64,000 nt of DNA from a virus, in IMG/VR virus record IMGVR_UViG_3300036945_000641, positions 1-64,000 of that record, one strand, 5' to 3'. Made by a program: the position numbers and the translations under genes. Positions 49,597-59,294 of the stretch are shown in pieces (within the stretch, counting starts at the first letter, position 1; every line of letters starts with the position of its first letter). The notes below the pieces were generated by a model. The model saw nothing but the letters and a program-made list of their open reading frames with translations, was not told the DNA's origin and searched no databases.

Positions 49597-50988
49597 TCAA
49601 TTCCAAGGTAAGTCTGCTGAGGTATCGTCTTGTTTTACTTTATCTAATTTTTCTTGTGCTTTGCCAGCCTTTTTAATTGGCTCTTTAGCTGTTGGCTTAT
49701 CAATAGATTGTGCACTGATGCGTAAGGTGTCCCAATCAATGGGGCTTGTAAAAGCCATTTCTTTTCCACCACGTATTTTGGTTGTTTCAAAGCTGATTGC
49801 ATTTGTTTCTTTGTCATGGGCTTCCATAGTAAGAGCAATGTCGGCTGCATCAAGAATACCCTTCGCAAAGCGGGCTTCACCGTCTTTATCAATCTGATAC
49901 GGCGAAACCATAACGATTTCATACTTGCGGGCAAGGTTCTTAAGTTTCTTGGACACTTCAATCTGTGGTTTCCAATCATACTGATCGTTTCCTTCTAGGA
50001 CAATTTGGTTAAGATAGTCAACTACTACTAGCTTTAGTTTATCACCAAATTTAGCTTTGGCTTTACCAATGTGCAAGTCGATTGAACTTAGGGTCAAGTC
50101 ACGGTCATCAACAATAATCATTTGATTATCAGGTTTTAGACTACAACTACGAACTAAAGTTTCTTCAAACTTGAAACGATCACGGTGTCGCATATATTCG
50201 CTTACTAAATCGCTGCTATTTTCAAACATTTCTGCTCTAGCTTTGACTACTCGTAGCAATTCGTCATCAGTAAGTTTATGCTGTTTTAAGTTTTGTAAAT
50301 TAACGTTGGCTAAAATGGAAAGATTGCGTTCCATTGTTTCTTTAGCGGTCATTTCAATACTGAAATAAATACTACTGTTGCCAGATTCATACTGATTAAC
50401 AAACAGATTACTACTAGCAATGGATTTGCCGGACCCACGCTTTCCCCCAATAAGTATAAGCTCTTGGCGAGCAACGCCGCCAAGCACACTATCAAAACTA
50501 TTGTTAAGGCCAAGGTAAACACGTTCTTTTTCCAAATCTTCTGGGTGGCTGAACATCATCATGTCAGCCATTGTAAATACTTTTTCTGATGTATGTGTTT
50601 TTTCTTCGATTGTTAAAGCAATTGTTGCTAAACTATCTTTTATTTCATTTGTGTCGTAGAGTGGTAATTTGTCTACGAACTTATCTAATAATTTTACCGT
50701 CTCGTTCTGAGTATATTGGTCGATTAGAGCATCCAATGCTACTTCGGCTGAAACGTCTGGCACCTCGGTTAACCTGAGAGTTGCCAGTGTTTTAGACGCT
50801 GGACCCTCCCTTAAGGTTAGTTCAAGATCGTCAAATGACGGTATAGCGCTGTACTTCTCGTAGTACTTATTAACGACGCTATACAAGGAAGAGTACGCAG
50901 GGTCTAAGAATACTAACTTGAGCTTTGACCATATATCTAGGTTTCGCTCACTTAGCAATTTATTTAAGACTACTGCACTAGTATCCAA
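49597..50988 (-). CDS. Replicative DnaB-like helicase (T5 D6-like)
   Basis: GKRGSGKS, FSIEM and VVDYLN motifs. Confidence 0.9.
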   Translation of the reverse strand: MDTSAVVLNKLLSERNLDIWSKLKLVFLDPAYSSLYSVVNKYYEKYSAIPSFDDLELTLREGPASKTLATLRLTEVPDVSAEVALDALIDQYTQNETVKLLDKFVDKLPLYDTNEIKDSLATIALTIEEKTHTSEKVFTMADMMMFSHPEDLEKERVYLGLNNSFDSVLGGVARQELILIGGKRGSGKSIASSNLFVNQYESGNSSIYFSIEMTAKETMERNLSILANVNLQNLKQHKLTDDELLRVVKARAEMFENSSDLVSEYMRHRDRFKFEETLVRSCSLKPDNQMIIVDDRDLTLSSIDLHIGKAKAKFGDKLKLVVVDYLNQIVLEGNDQYDWKPQIEVSKKLKNLARKYEIVMVSPYQIDKDGEARFAKGILDAADIALTMEAHDKETNAISFETTKIRGGKEMAFTSPIDWDTLRISAQSIDKPTAKEPIKKAGKAQEKLDKVKQDDTSADLPWN

Positions 50989-50990
50989 GA

Positions 50991-51290
50991 TTACCCTACT
51001 TTCGCTTCATTGTCAATAATTACTTGGTCAATAATTTCTGTGACTTTATATAAAATTTGCTCTCGCAATTTCTTAATGTCTTGTTGGTATGCTGCGTCCC
51101 TATCATAAAGCAGGCTAAGTTGCTCATGGGTAATAAGTTGCTGCAAACCAAAGTAAATCTGGTCGTAAGCCATACTAGATTCTGGCGTTACTTCTACATT
51201 AGCCGCTTTGCCATAATTATGAATGGCTTGTTTTACGACTTCTTCCATTGTAAAGGAGTCGTTATCGTGATATGTAATTGTTACTTTCAT
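50991..51290 (-). CDS. Hypothetical protein
   Basis: In operon context; AGGAG upstream. Confidence 0.6.
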   Translation of the reverse strand: MKVTITYHDNDSFTMEEVVKQAIHNYGKAANVEVTPESSMAYDQIYFGLQQLITHEQLSLLYDRDAAYQQDIKKLREQILYKVTEIIDQVIIDNEAKVG

Positions 51291-51309
51291 ACTCTCGATC
51301 TCCTAAAGT

Positions 51310-51344
51310 AAAAAAGCTCGGGAGCTTTGAGGAACTCCCGAGCT
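51310..51344 (-). terminator. Rho-independent terminator
   Basis: AGCTCGGGAG/CTCCCGAGCT stem followed by a T run. Confidence 0.85.
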
Positions 51345-51363
51345 GATTGGCAATAATTGCTAA

Positions 51364-52113
51364 TTAAGCAGCTGCTTTGGCTTCTGCTTTGGCTTTCTTA
51401 GCTGCACCATCATAGTCTGCAACTTTGATACCACGGCGAGTAAGCAAAGTACGTAGACCACGCTCTGTTTTGTCAACAGCGGCTGCGATTTCAGCAACAG
51501 TCATAGTGCTGATCTTGTCGCCTAGGGCGGTTACAGGGTCGATAGACTCTTTAGCGTGAGATTCACGTTGTGCTGGAATCTTAGAAATTTGACCTTTGCG
51601 GGTCAAGCTCAAAGCCTTACCACGAACGCTAGCAACAGTCTTGTTCAATGCGGTGGCAATGTCTTCGATGAAGCTACCAGTTTCGGCCATGTTGATAAAC
51701 TTGGCTTCTTCTGCGTCAGAGTAAGTACGAGCGATTTCAACTTTGTCAGCAGGCTTTACAGAGCCAGTCAATTCTAGGGCAAGCAATTTGCCTTGGATTT
51801 GCTTAGCAGTAAACTTGCCGCCAGCAAAGTTTTCAGCGATTTGTTTGTATGTCAAGTTACCTGCGTTGGCTTGAACGAAATTGGCAAGATCAGTGCCTTC
51901 GTCAGCGGTAAATGCAGATGTTTTTTCTTTTGCAAGACTAGCGACTTCACGGTCTAATTGACGCAGTTTAGAAGCAACAGAGCGAGTTGTGAAACCGAGC
52001 ATTTCGGCAGCACGCTCAACAGCTTCTACGCTAACAGGGCTTGCATTGCCAACAATGTTCATTAGTTGGTCAACAGCTTCGTCAGACCATTTTTTAGTGG
52101 CTTTTTCAGTCAT
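51364..52113 (-). CDS. DNA-binding transcription regulator (T5 D5-like)
   Basis: Repeated HTH-like units; ending RGLRTLLTRRG..VADYDG; synteny after ligase B. Confidence 0.8.
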   Translation of the reverse strand: MTEKATKKWSDEAVDQLMNIVGNASPVSVEAVERAAEMLGFTTRSVASKLRQLDREVASLAKEKTSAFTADEGTDLANFVQANAGNLTYKQIAENFAGGKFTAKQIQGKLLALELTGSVKPADKVEIARTYSDAEEAKFINMAETGSFIEDIATALNKTVASVRGKALSLTRKGQISKIPAQRESHAKESIDPVTALGDKISTMTVAEIAAAVDKTERGLRTLLTRRGIKVADYDGAAKKAKAEAKAAA

Positions 52114-52867
52114 TTTTATTTTCTTTCAAGAAAGTATTTAAGTTTGTGATTATGGTTATTCCGAGAGACTCGGCTTTTTTGCGTTTTGTACTACCCTTAT
52201 CTTCTTCATCAACTAAATAATCTGTGGTTTTTGTTACAGATTCTACCGCCTTGTATCCTGCGGTTTCCAGTGCTTTATGTGCTTCTGCTTTAGTTTTATA
52301 AGAAGATAATTTTCCTGTAATGCAAATGGTTTTGCAGTCTCCACTCACAACGGAAGTTTTATTGGTTCGAAATGTGAAAGGCAAAAACTCTCGCATTTCT
52401 AAAAAATCAGTTTCTAGCCAAGATAATAAGTTTTGGGTTACTTTATCACCTAAACCTGCTTGTTTACAGGTTTCCTGATTGATTTCGTCTATTGAGTTAA
52501 CAACAAGACAAATCTTAGTCGAGGCAGTATTACCTACAAGAGGAATAGAGAATGAAGCTAGAATAGTGGCCAAATCTGCTGATTTAGCTTTTTCAATCTC
52601 TGTTAATAGCTTTTCAGCTACTTTGGCACTGCCTACGGCATCTACTACTTGGTCTAGTTCAAGATAAAACAATTCTGTAATATCTGCTAACCCAAGTTTT
52701 TCTACTGTACGAGCACCCATACCCTTAATACTAAGAGTCTTACAAAAGTGTTCAACTTTTTTACTAAGCTGAGCACCGCAGGCTGTGTTTCTACAAAAGA
52801 GCTGATCGTTGACCAGTTCAAGAGTATAATTACAGCAAGGACATTCAGTTGGTATTTGGATTCTCAT
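52106..52867 (-). CDS. NAD+-dependent DNA ligase, subunit B (Zn finger, HhH, BRCT)
   Basis: CPCC...C...C, IKGMG and ITGKL...SVTKTTDYLV motifs. Confidence 0.9.
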   Translation of the reverse strand: MRIQIPTECPCCNYTLELVNDQLFCRNTACGAQLSKKVEHFCKTLSIKGMGARTVEKLGLADITELFYLELDQVVDAVGSAKVAEKLLTEIEKAKSADLATILASFSIPLVGNTASTKICLVVNSIDEINQETCKQAGLGDKVTQNLLSWLETDFLEMREFLPFTFRTNKTSVVSGDCKTICITGKLSSYKTKAEAHKALETAGYKAVESVTKTTDYLVDEEDKGSTKRKKAESLGITIITNLNTFLKENKND

Positions 52868-52892
52868 GGTTTCTTTATCAATTTATAAATAT

Positions 52893-52921
52893 ATTATACC
52901 CGATTAAGTAGCTTATAGCAA
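52893..52921 (-). promoter_or_regulatory. Sigma70 promoter
   Basis: TTGCTA-N17-TATAAT upstream of ligase B. Confidence 0.8.
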
Positions 52922-52953
52922 GTCTAAATTTCTAATGCCCTAAGCACAAAATT

Positions 52954-53637
52954 TTATGCTGCACGTACCCAGCCTTTATGCATGTTACGCTTGCCATTTA
53001 AAAGGTCTGTAACTTTAGGTTGTAATAATCCGTGTTCTTTTGCAAATTTTGTAACATACATAATTTCATATATTTTTCCATCTGGGGATAATAACTTAGG
53101 GTACTGTTTGCCCCTATAATACTTTTGTTCTACTCTTATGCGCTCTAATTCTGTATATTCTTTTGGACATACTTGTTTTAACCAAGAATGACTTTCTAAA
53201 GCCGCGATATGTCTAATTGTATATAGCGACACACCAGTAATTTCATGTATTTCTCTTTTAGAGAGAGTAGGGTTTATACTCACTAATAGTCTTAGTACTA
53301 TAATATATTGTTCATTAGTATATTTTGATTGACCGGCAGTTTCTCCATATAATACTGGATTTCCGGCTTCATATAAGGTATTAAACCCATTATCTACAGA
53401 GTCAAATATATCAATAGCCTCTTTTTCATAGATATTTAGCTCAGATATAGCGCACTCTGCTAAAATATCTAGGCTAGCTATGCCATAATTATTATATGCT
53501 GCTTGTAATTTAGGGGCTGCAACGCCTCTATTTAGAGCACTTTTATGTTTTGAAAACCTAGTTTCAATGTCTATTGATTGCCCAATATATACTTTTTTAG
53601 TATTATTGAAATTTAATTTATATATGCCACAAGTCAT
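52954..53637 (-). CDS. GIY-YIG homing endonuclease (free-standing)
   Basis: GIY...YIGQS...R...H, E and N catalytic pattern; AT-rich; sits between the two ligase genes. Confidence 0.9.
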   Translation of the reverse strand: MTCGIYKLNFNNTKKVYIGQSIDIETRFSKHKSALNRGVAAPKLQAAYNNYGIASLDILAECAISELNIYEKEAIDIFDSVDNGFNTLYEAGNPVLYGETAGQSKYTNEQYIIVLRLLVSINPTLSKREIHEITGVSLYTIRHIAALESHSWLKQVCPKEYTELERIRVEQKYYRGKQYPKLLSPDGKIYEIMYVTKFAKEHGLLQPKVTDLLNGKRNMHKGWVRAA

Positions 53638-53697
53638 CTTAATACCTCACATAACATATTGTATCATATAAGGTATTATTTGTCCAACCAAAATTTT

Positions 53698-54651
53698 TTA
53701 TGCGTCAACTTTGTGTAAGATACAGGGAATGATATCACCAGCCTTTATTACAGCTACTGTGTCGCCAATCTGCAAATCCAGCATTTCAATGAAACCAGAA
53801 TTATTAAGAGTAGCACGACTGACAAGGGCATCGCCAATATAAATAGGCTCCAGAATAGCAACTGGAGTGACTTTGCCACTTTTGCCGACTTGCCATTCAA
53901 CATCAAGTAGTTTTGTTTCGACGTGTTCAGCACGTTCTTTTCGGGCATAAGCACCTCTGGGATGTTTGGCTGTATAGCCTAGTTCGTAAAAAGTTTTGTT
54001 GTCGTTAACACGGAATACAACGCCGTCACAAGGATAGATTTTATCCAAGTCTGGTTCATTGATTGTGCCAAAGCCAAAACTGCGAAGTTGATCTAAGTCT
54101 TGATTATACTTGTCAGCTAGGCTAGGCTGTACACCATACGCAAAGAAACTAATTGCTCGTGTACGGAACTCTTCAACAGATTTTAAGTTTAGTGCACCTG
54201 CTGCATAGTTACGAGCATTTTCAATATTGCTTGGAGCAACAATCTCACCAGTAACCTGATAGACGCCCATTACAGGAATAGTGTGCGGTACAAAATTAGT
54301 AGCCAACAACTTTTCAGTAATTAGCTGACCTTCTACCCCATCACCACGTGTAAGACCTCGAACAAGATGACCATCAACATAAAGTAAGCTAATAGCTGCC
54401 CCGTCCAACTTAACACTAACAGCAACATCTCGGATGCCTTCAAGAGGACGTTTTTGATTTTCATCTTCATAGTATTTTTGTAAACTGTACATTTGATAAA
54501 CGTGCTTTTCCACATTGCCGTGTTGCTTAGCACCCACAGCACTGTATCCAATCGAATCAGCAAGCTGATCGAACTGAGCATCACTAATAACTGGAGTACC
54601 AGCATAGTATGCTCGTGCGGCTACATTTAAATATTGTTCTAGTTTATTCAT
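53698..54651 (-). CDS. NAD+-dependent DNA ligase, subunit A (adenylation plus OB)
   Basis: KLDG, TRGDG, GEI, DGVV and KAGDIIP motifs. Confidence 0.93.
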   Translation of the reverse strand: MNKLEQYLNVAARAYYAGTPVISDAQFDQLADSIGYSAVGAKQHGNVEKHVYQMYSLQKYYEDENQKRPLEGIRDVAVSVKLDGAAISLLYVDGHLVRGLTRGDGVEGQLITEKLLATNFVPHTIPVMGVYQVTGEIVAPSNIENARNYAAGALNLKSVEEFRTRAISFFAYGVQPSLADKYNQDLDQLRSFGFGTINEPDLDKIYPCDGVVFRVNDNKTFYELGYTAKHPRGAYARKERAEHVETKLLDVEWQVGKSGKVTPVAILEPIYIGDALVSRATLNNSGFIEMLDLQIGDTVAVIKAGDIIPCILHKVDA

Positions 54652-54676
54652 GGTCGTAGTGTGTCTTTAAAGAATA

Positions 54677-54705
54677 ATTATACCAGTTTAGGGTTGTCAT
54701 TACAA
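54677..54705 (-). promoter_or_regulatory. Sigma70 promoter
   Basis: TTGTAA-N17-TATAAT. Confidence 0.75.
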
Positions 54706-54977
54706 GTCAATTTTTCAGCATAGTGTCTGATAATGTCTTCGCCTTCTGCTTTTGAGCAGATTTCAAATAAGCCGTCTAAGATAGCATAAATATTTTCAGT
54801 ACTAGCAGGTATGCTTACACCTTCACGACTTGGCACCCACTCACCTTCATAGCTTAAAAAGTATTTTCTTAGTTGAAAGTATGCTGTGTCACGAAAATCA
54901 TTAATTACTAATCGTACTTGGAAACCCTTTTCCATGTTCTCTTCAATGACTTTACTATATTGTATATTTGAGTCCAT
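54678..54977 (-). CDS. PC4-like ssDNA-binding protein
   Basis: F...Y..LRKYF....GEW.P...GVS motif. Confidence 0.8.
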   Translation of the reverse strand: MDSNIQYSKVIEENMEKGFQVRLVINDFRDTAYFQLRKYFLSYEGEWVPSREGVSIPASTENIYAILDGLFEICSKAEGEDIIRHYAEKLTCNDNPKLV

Positions 54978-55034
54978 GCGGTCTCCGGTAAACTATTTAA
55001 GATTTAAAATTGTGCAGGTTTGGCGCCTGTGTTT

Positions 55035-55658
55035 TTATATACGTACTCCAAGTGCGCGCAAGTGTTGAAGACTTGCAAGCTCTGAGGCTTCTTGATACGC
55101 AGATTGTTTCCACTTGTCAGCAAGCAACCAGATTCTGTAAACATATCCGTGTTTATCAGTTTTTTGTTCTGTGTCGATGCGTGCAGTAGAATCATATCTG
55201 GCACTGTATACTACTTCGCCAATTTGGAATCGGTCACGAACTGCTCCATCTGGAATCAGTTGAGGGTCGAAGTATGTGTGGCCAGGTACACGAATTGGTA
55301 CTGCGTTTTGTTCAAGAATATTTTTGACAAAAGTTGGTGAGCGGTAAGTAGCTTTAGAAATTGCATCTACAGTTTCACCATTAATATACTCACCAATAAT
55401 ATAAACCAATTCGTCGTTGGTAACTGGTTTGCCACGTAGTTCTGCGCGACGCTGTGCAGAACGCTCTTGCTTTTTCTTAAACTCGTCAAGTATTGTACCT
55501 AGACGAGTAGTATTATAAGCCATTCCTAGGATTTGGCAAGCATCTTTCTTTGTAATTGGTTTAACGCCTTCTTCAGGCTCAAGTAAGCGAATAACTCGGC
55601 TAATGTTAGCATCAGTCATCAACTCTTGTTCTAGATCACTTCGTTTTTTGGTTGCCAT
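55035..55658 (-). CDS. T5 D2-like DNA-binding protein
   Basis: TKKDACQILGMAYNTTRL HTH-like motif; start moved to MATKK. Confidence 0.65.
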   Translation of the reverse strand: MATKKRSDLEQELMTDANISRVIRLLEPEEGVKPITKKDACQILGMAYNTTRLGTILDEFKKKQERSAQRRAELRGKPVTNDELVYIIGEYINGETVDAISKATYRSPTFVKNILEQNAVPIRVPGHTYFDPQLIPDGAVRDRFQIGEVVYSARYDSTARIDTEQKTDKHGYVYRIWLLADKWKQSAYQEASELASLQHLRALGVRI

Positions 55659-55674
55659 AATAATCCTATAAAAG

Positions 55675-55696
55675 AAAAGGCGGCACAAGGCCGCCT
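55675..55696 (-). terminator. Rho-independent terminator
   Basis: AGGCGGC/GCCGCCT stem followed by a T run. Confidence 0.7.
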
Positions 55697-55699
55697 AAT

Positions 55700-56062
55700 T
55701 TACGCTTTCAATACGCCTAAGAAATAGATTGCAGCTTTGCCAGTCAATTTGCTCAAAATGTCTTCGTCAACTTCAGCACCTTTGGCTTCGATTGCGGCTT
55801 TAAGATCAGCAATGCTAGACTCTTTGCTAACACGCTTGCTACCTTCACTAGCAGTTTTAGTAGTTTTGCTAGTAGAAGCGCCAGCTTCTTTCTTAACATA
55901 AACACCAGCCTGTACTAGTACCATGCGAACGCCGTTAGGCGACATTTCGATTTCTTCTGCAATATCTTTGATAATTTCAGTTGAAGATTCAGGAGTTGGG
56001 CCTGCACCTTCATACATTTCGATAACTTTAGTTTTAAGTTCATCTGTCCAAGTCGTTGCCAT
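55700..56062 (-). CDS. T5 D3-like DNA-binding protein
   Basis: WTDEL, SPNGVRMVL..AGVYVKK and KLTGKAA motifs. Confidence 0.7.
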   Translation of the reverse strand: MATTWTDELKTKVIEMYEGAGPTPESSTEIIKDIAEEIEMSPNGVRMVLVQAGVYVKKEAGASTSKTTKTASEGSKRVSKESSIADLKAAIEAKGAEVDEDILSKLTGKAAIYFLGVLKA

Positions 56063-56075
56063 ATTTTTCCTTTGT

Positions 56076-56348
56076 TTAAACGTATTCTGTGTTGAGGTCA
56101 GACATTTTGTCTGGACTGAAACGACGATAGTTGTGTTTCAAGTCATGCTTAGCCAATAGAGCCATAGTTGCTTCATGCTGTGCGTTTTTCAACTCACGCA
56201 TTTCATTGGCAAACAATGCAAATTCACTTTCGGGCATTTGCGTAACATCAATGCCTTCAACAAATTGAGTAGGTGTTACCAACTCAATAACTGCTCGTTC
56301 AGAAACAGAGCCGTCAGCTTTAGTGTAGTTAAATTCCAAAAGTTTCAT
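56076..56348 (-). CDS. Hypothetical protein
   Basis: FNYTKADGSVSER...YRRF (WYL/SH3-like); first gene after a promoter. Confidence 0.6.
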   Translation of the reverse strand: MKLLEFNYTKADGSVSERAVIELVTPTQFVEGIDVTQMPESEFALFANEMRELKNAQHEATMALLAKHDLKHNYRRFSPDKMSDLNTEYV

Positions 56349-56378
56349 GTTGTGTCTTTTCTAATTGATTAAGTATAT

Positions 56379-56407
56379 ATTATAAACTATTCGATTGAGT
56401 GATTCAA
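56379..56407 (-). promoter_or_regulatory. Sigma70 promoter
   Basis: TTGAAT-N17-TATAAT. Confidence 0.75.
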
Positions 56408-56418
56408 ATGATTATTTT

Positions 56419-56679
56419 TTAATCTTGTTTTAGTATTTCTTTGGATAATCCACGCTCAAATTTTTCAGCCATGCTATTTGATAGTAAGGGCATAACAAGT
56501 ATCGGAGCAATAACTGCACTAATAAGTATATAAATTATTACGCTTAAAATTGGATAACCTGTAAAACTATTAATAATATTCTGCTCTTTGGCTTTTTGTA
56601 GTAATGGCCAAAACCAGAAGTAGCACGCAGTAACAGAAGTACTAAATGCGAATAGCACGTAGTATTCTATTAAACCCAT
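56419..56679 (-). CDS. Two-TM membrane protein
   Basis: Two hydrophobic segments. Confidence 0.6.
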   Translation of the reverse strand: MGLIEYYVLFAFSTSVTACYFWFWPLLQKAKEQNIINSFTGYPILSVIIYILISAVIAPILVMPLLSNSMAEKFERGLSKEILKQD

Positions 56680-57053
56680 ACTAGATTACCTTGCCCATCA
56701 TGTGCTCTTGCACCTAGTGTAAAGCTGACTTTACCTTGTGGCAAATTACTAAAATCTTTTTTACTGTGCATGGCAATTGCCGCAGCTTGCACTTTAGGAT
56801 TACTGCTAAACAAATCCCAGTCTGCACGACCAGTAAATTGTTTAAATAGTTTTGCAATATGAATCTGAGTTTTAGACCACTCTTGACCCTTAGGGGTTTT
56901 ACGACGATACTTAATGTTTGTTAATGCGTCTTTGAGTTGTTCGTTATTTGGCTGTAGTTTAAGCTGTTTTAGTAATTTTCGTTTGCGGTTAATTTCTGCT
57001 GTACTACTACCTTTAGCGGATGTAGTTGCAGGTGCTTTGCTTTTTGTTGCCAC
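56670..57053 (-). CDS. Basic hypothetical protein
   Basis: Lys/Arg-rich; in operon context. Confidence 0.6.
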   Translation of the reverse strand: MATKSKAPATTSAKGSSTAEINRKRKLLKQLKLQPNNEQLKDALTNIKYRRKTPKGQEWSKTQIHIAKLFKQFTGRADWDLFSSNPKVQAAAIAMHSKKDFSNLPQGKVSFTLGARAHDGQGNLVWV

Positions 57054-57054
57054 T

Positions 57055-57309
57055 TTAGAACCTTTTTCTTATTTTAAATACGCCATGCTCTTCAGCAGGC
57101 TCTAACTCTACGACTTGTGCTTGTTCTAAATAGCGAAGTATTTCAAATGCTTCACCATAAGTATGAATTAGTTTCTCGTCTTTGTTTACTGTATCGTGAA
57201 CAAAGTCGAGAAAGTCTAGAGTAACTAAACGCCAACTATCAGTCTGTAACTGAGTTAAAAGCGTCCTGAACGGATTCTCTGTCGTAGTGGATGTGGTCGT
57301 CATGGACAT
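57055..57309 (-). CDS. Hypothetical protein (start uncertain)
   Basis: Fills the gap in the operon. Confidence 0.5.
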   Translation of the reverse strand: MSMTTTSTTTENPFRTLLTQLQTDSWRLVTLDFLDFVHDTVNKDEKLIHTYGEAFEILRYLEQAQVVELEPAEEHGVFKIRKRF

Positions 57310-57601
57310 ACGCTTCTGTATCGCTTTCTACAACTGCAATAACTTTTTTCAAGTTATTCATTTGTGTTTTTGTGTTATAACAGTTTTCCAAAGCAACGAT
57401 CAGGTCTGGAATTGACTCGATTGAAATCGGCATATAACGCTCACAGCCATCAGAGATAGCTACTTCATCAGTGCCACCTGGATTAGTTCCAAACTCTACT
57501 TGGTTATAAAAGTAGTCGCCGTGTTCATTGGGGCCAAACAAGCCTTCGTCGCCAAAGTTATCAATGTCTTCGTGTGGAACTTGCGAGAAATAAATTTTCA
57601 T
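57239..57601 (-). CDS. Acidic hypothetical protein
   Basis: Start moved to MKIYFSQ, downstream of the promoter at 57636. Confidence 0.6.
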   Translation of the reverse strand: MKIYFSQVPHEDIDNFGDEGLFGPNEHGDYFYNQVEFGTNPGGTDEVAISDGCERYMPISIESIPDLIVALENCYNTKTQMNNLKKVIAVVESDTEAYVHDDHIHYDRESVQDAFNSVTD

Positions 57602-57635
57602 GTTTTTCTTTGTAAAAATTGTTTTTGGAATATAT

Positions 57636-57664
57636 ATTATATCAAAAATACCACACTGTTTCAA
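57636..57664 (-). promoter_or_regulatory. Sigma70 promoter
   Basis: TTGAAA-N17-TATAAT with TG. Confidence 0.8.
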
Positions 57665-57681
57665 GAAAGTATTTTTGAAAC

Positions 57682-57705
57682 AAAAATCCCAGCCTAAGCT
57701 GGGAT
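57682..57705 (-). terminator. Terminator closing the tRNA region
   Basis: ATCCCAGC/GCTGGGAT stem followed by a T run. Confidence 0.8.
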
Positions 57706-57708
57706 AGG

Positions 57709-57783
57709 TGGTGCGCTGACTAGGAATTGAACCTAGACTCGATCGATTATGAGTCGACTGCTTTACCATTAAGCTATCAGCGC
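57709..57783 (-). tRNA. tRNA with CAT anticodon (probably Ile2, lysidine type; Met possible)
   Basis: Cloverleaf, GACTCATAATCG anticodon arm, encoded CCA. Confidence 0.85.
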
Positions 57784-58169
57784 GTTTGATTTGCTAAAAT
57801 TTTATAACCTTTAGCGGTTGGGTGAATACGATCTGGACTAATACTAGCAACTGACAATACTACGTCTCCATAGTGTGCTGCAAGTTCTCGTATAAATTGA
57901 TGAAGTTCTGGCTTATTGGGTGGAAGAATCCAAAACACTAGGTCAGCATATGTTAGTTGTCGTAGTGTTTGCAGCTCGCTGCGGGTATTAATTTTACTAT
58001 CATTAGCACCCAAACTAATTATCACAGTTTTAGCAGCTAGATCTTTAGTTATGTGAGTGTTATTCCACGCATAACTATTTATGCCAGTTTTAACATATGC
58101 AACACATTCGGGTCTGTGCTGTGCAATGCCTTGAGCAATGCTATCGCCTAAAATTAAGCACTCTAGCAT
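57777..58169 (-). CDS. SGNH/GDSL hydrolase
   Basis: GDSI, GAND and DRIHP motifs. Confidence 0.85.
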   Translation of the reverse strand: MLECLILGDSIAQGIAQHRPECVAYVKTGINSYAWNNTHITKDLAAKTVIISLGANDSKINTRSELQTLRQLTYADLVFWILPPNKPELHQFIRELAAHYGDVVLSVASISPDRIHPTAKGYKILANQTR

Positions 58170-58304
58170 TTAGTCTTCAAACTCAATGTAGTCTTCTTTG
58201 CCAACGCCACATTCTGGGCACTCAAAATCATCTGGCAAGTCTTGCCAACGACCTTCCGTGGCTTCATCGTGTACATGACCACATACTACGCAAACATATT
58301 CCAT
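58170..58304 (-). CDS. Rubredoxin, 44 aa (not in the ORF track)
   Basis: MEYVCVVCGHVHDE...WQDLPDDFECPECGVGKEDY: two CxxCG motifs. Confidence 0.9.
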   Translation of the reverse strand: MEYVCVVCGHVHDEATEGRWQDLPDDFECPECGVGKEDYIEFED

Positions 58305-58753
58305 TATACTGACTCCCAAACTAGTTGATATGCTTCTGCGTGACGTTTTTCAACTTTTTTCAACGCAGCAAAGCGCTTTTCAGCTTTTGCTAATACAGCA
58401 CTAAACTGTTCCGCGTGTTCTTTAGACTCTGAGGTTTGCTCGCCGAACTCTTTTGCAGAGTCTATGTTCTTTTCAACAATGGCTTGACGCTCAAACTGAG
58501 GGTACATTGTTGTATACTCATATGTTTCGCCTTCAATGGCCATTTCTAAACAACGCTTAGTATCTGGTTTACCGATTAGCAACTCTAAGTGGCCCCAGGC
58601 GTGTTTTAATTCTTGCTGAGCTGTATGCTCAAAATGATCGGCAACATCAGCAAAGCCTTCACTTCTGGCAATACGCGCAAAGTACATATACTTTGTGTAT
58701 GCCATAGATTCGCCTGCTAATGCACCTTCTAAGTTTTGTAATGTTATTGACAT
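58304..58753 (-). CDS. Rubrerythrin-family di-iron protein (no fused rubredoxin domain)
   Basis: NL..A.AGES.A..KY, E..HA, GETYEYT.MYP and E..HA motifs. Confidence 0.9.
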   Translation of the reverse strand: MSITLQNLEGALAGESMAYTKYMYFARIARSEGFADVADHFEHTAQQELKHAWGHLELLIGKPDTKRCLEMAIEGETYEYTTMYPQFERQAIVEKNIDSAKEFGEQTSESKEHAEQFSAVLAKAEKRFAALKKVEKRHAEAYQLVWESV

Positions 58754-59268
58754 TGTTTTTTAACTTCTTCTAGTGAAATTGGAGTAAAATTGATTCTTTC
58801 CATACTTACGTTAAAGTATCGCTTATCGGGTATTTGTGCTAGGTTCAATCTAACTACATTGTTGTGTAGGTGGCCGTGCACATTAAGACCCCAACGTGCT
58901 AGACTTTCAGGATGAATAGGAATATGTGTTAAGATCATACCATCAAACTGATGACTACCACGAATGTCTTTGAAATACTGTGAGTACTGATTTAGAGTAC
59001 ACAAATCATGGTTGCCTTTGACCAGTATCTTTTCACCGTTCATGCGGGCTAGAATTTCTAGGCCCTTGGCATTACGGCTCATACTAACATCGCCTAAGAA
59101 GTATACTTTGTCCGTGGGCTTTACCACACGATTGTGGCAGTTGACCATGTGTTCGTTCATGTGGTCAACGTCATCAAACACGCGTAGCGGAGTACCATCT
59201 TGATTTTTAAACGTCAAGATATTTTTGTGATGAAAGTGATGGTCACTTGCGAAAAAGATGTTTGCCAT
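58744..59268 (-). CDS. Calcineurin-like metallophosphoesterase
   Basis: SDHHF.H, LGD, GNHD, THIP and HGHLH motifs. Confidence 0.9.
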   Translation of the reverse strand: MANIFFASDHHFHHKNILTFKNQDGTPLRVFDDVDHMNEHMVNCHNRVVKPTDKVYFLGDVSMSRNAKGLEILARMNGEKILVKGNHDLCTLNQYSQYFKDIRGSHQFDGMILTHIPIHPESLARWGLNVHGHLHNNVVRLNLAQIPDKRYFNVSMERINFTPISLEEVKKQCQ

Positions 59269-59294
59269 AAGTAGAAATCCCCGAAACAGTAGTT

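Noticed and set aside
36300-50988. Inteins in RNR, helicases or polymerase
   Set aside because: Protein lengths are ordinary and no intein splice-junction or LAGLIDADG motifs are visible.
52868-53697. Group I intron interrupting the DNA ligase
   Set aside because: The flanks of the endonuclease ORF are only ~60-90 nt and AT-rich, with no room for an intron core. Subunit A has its own stop, and subunit B has its own promoter and start.
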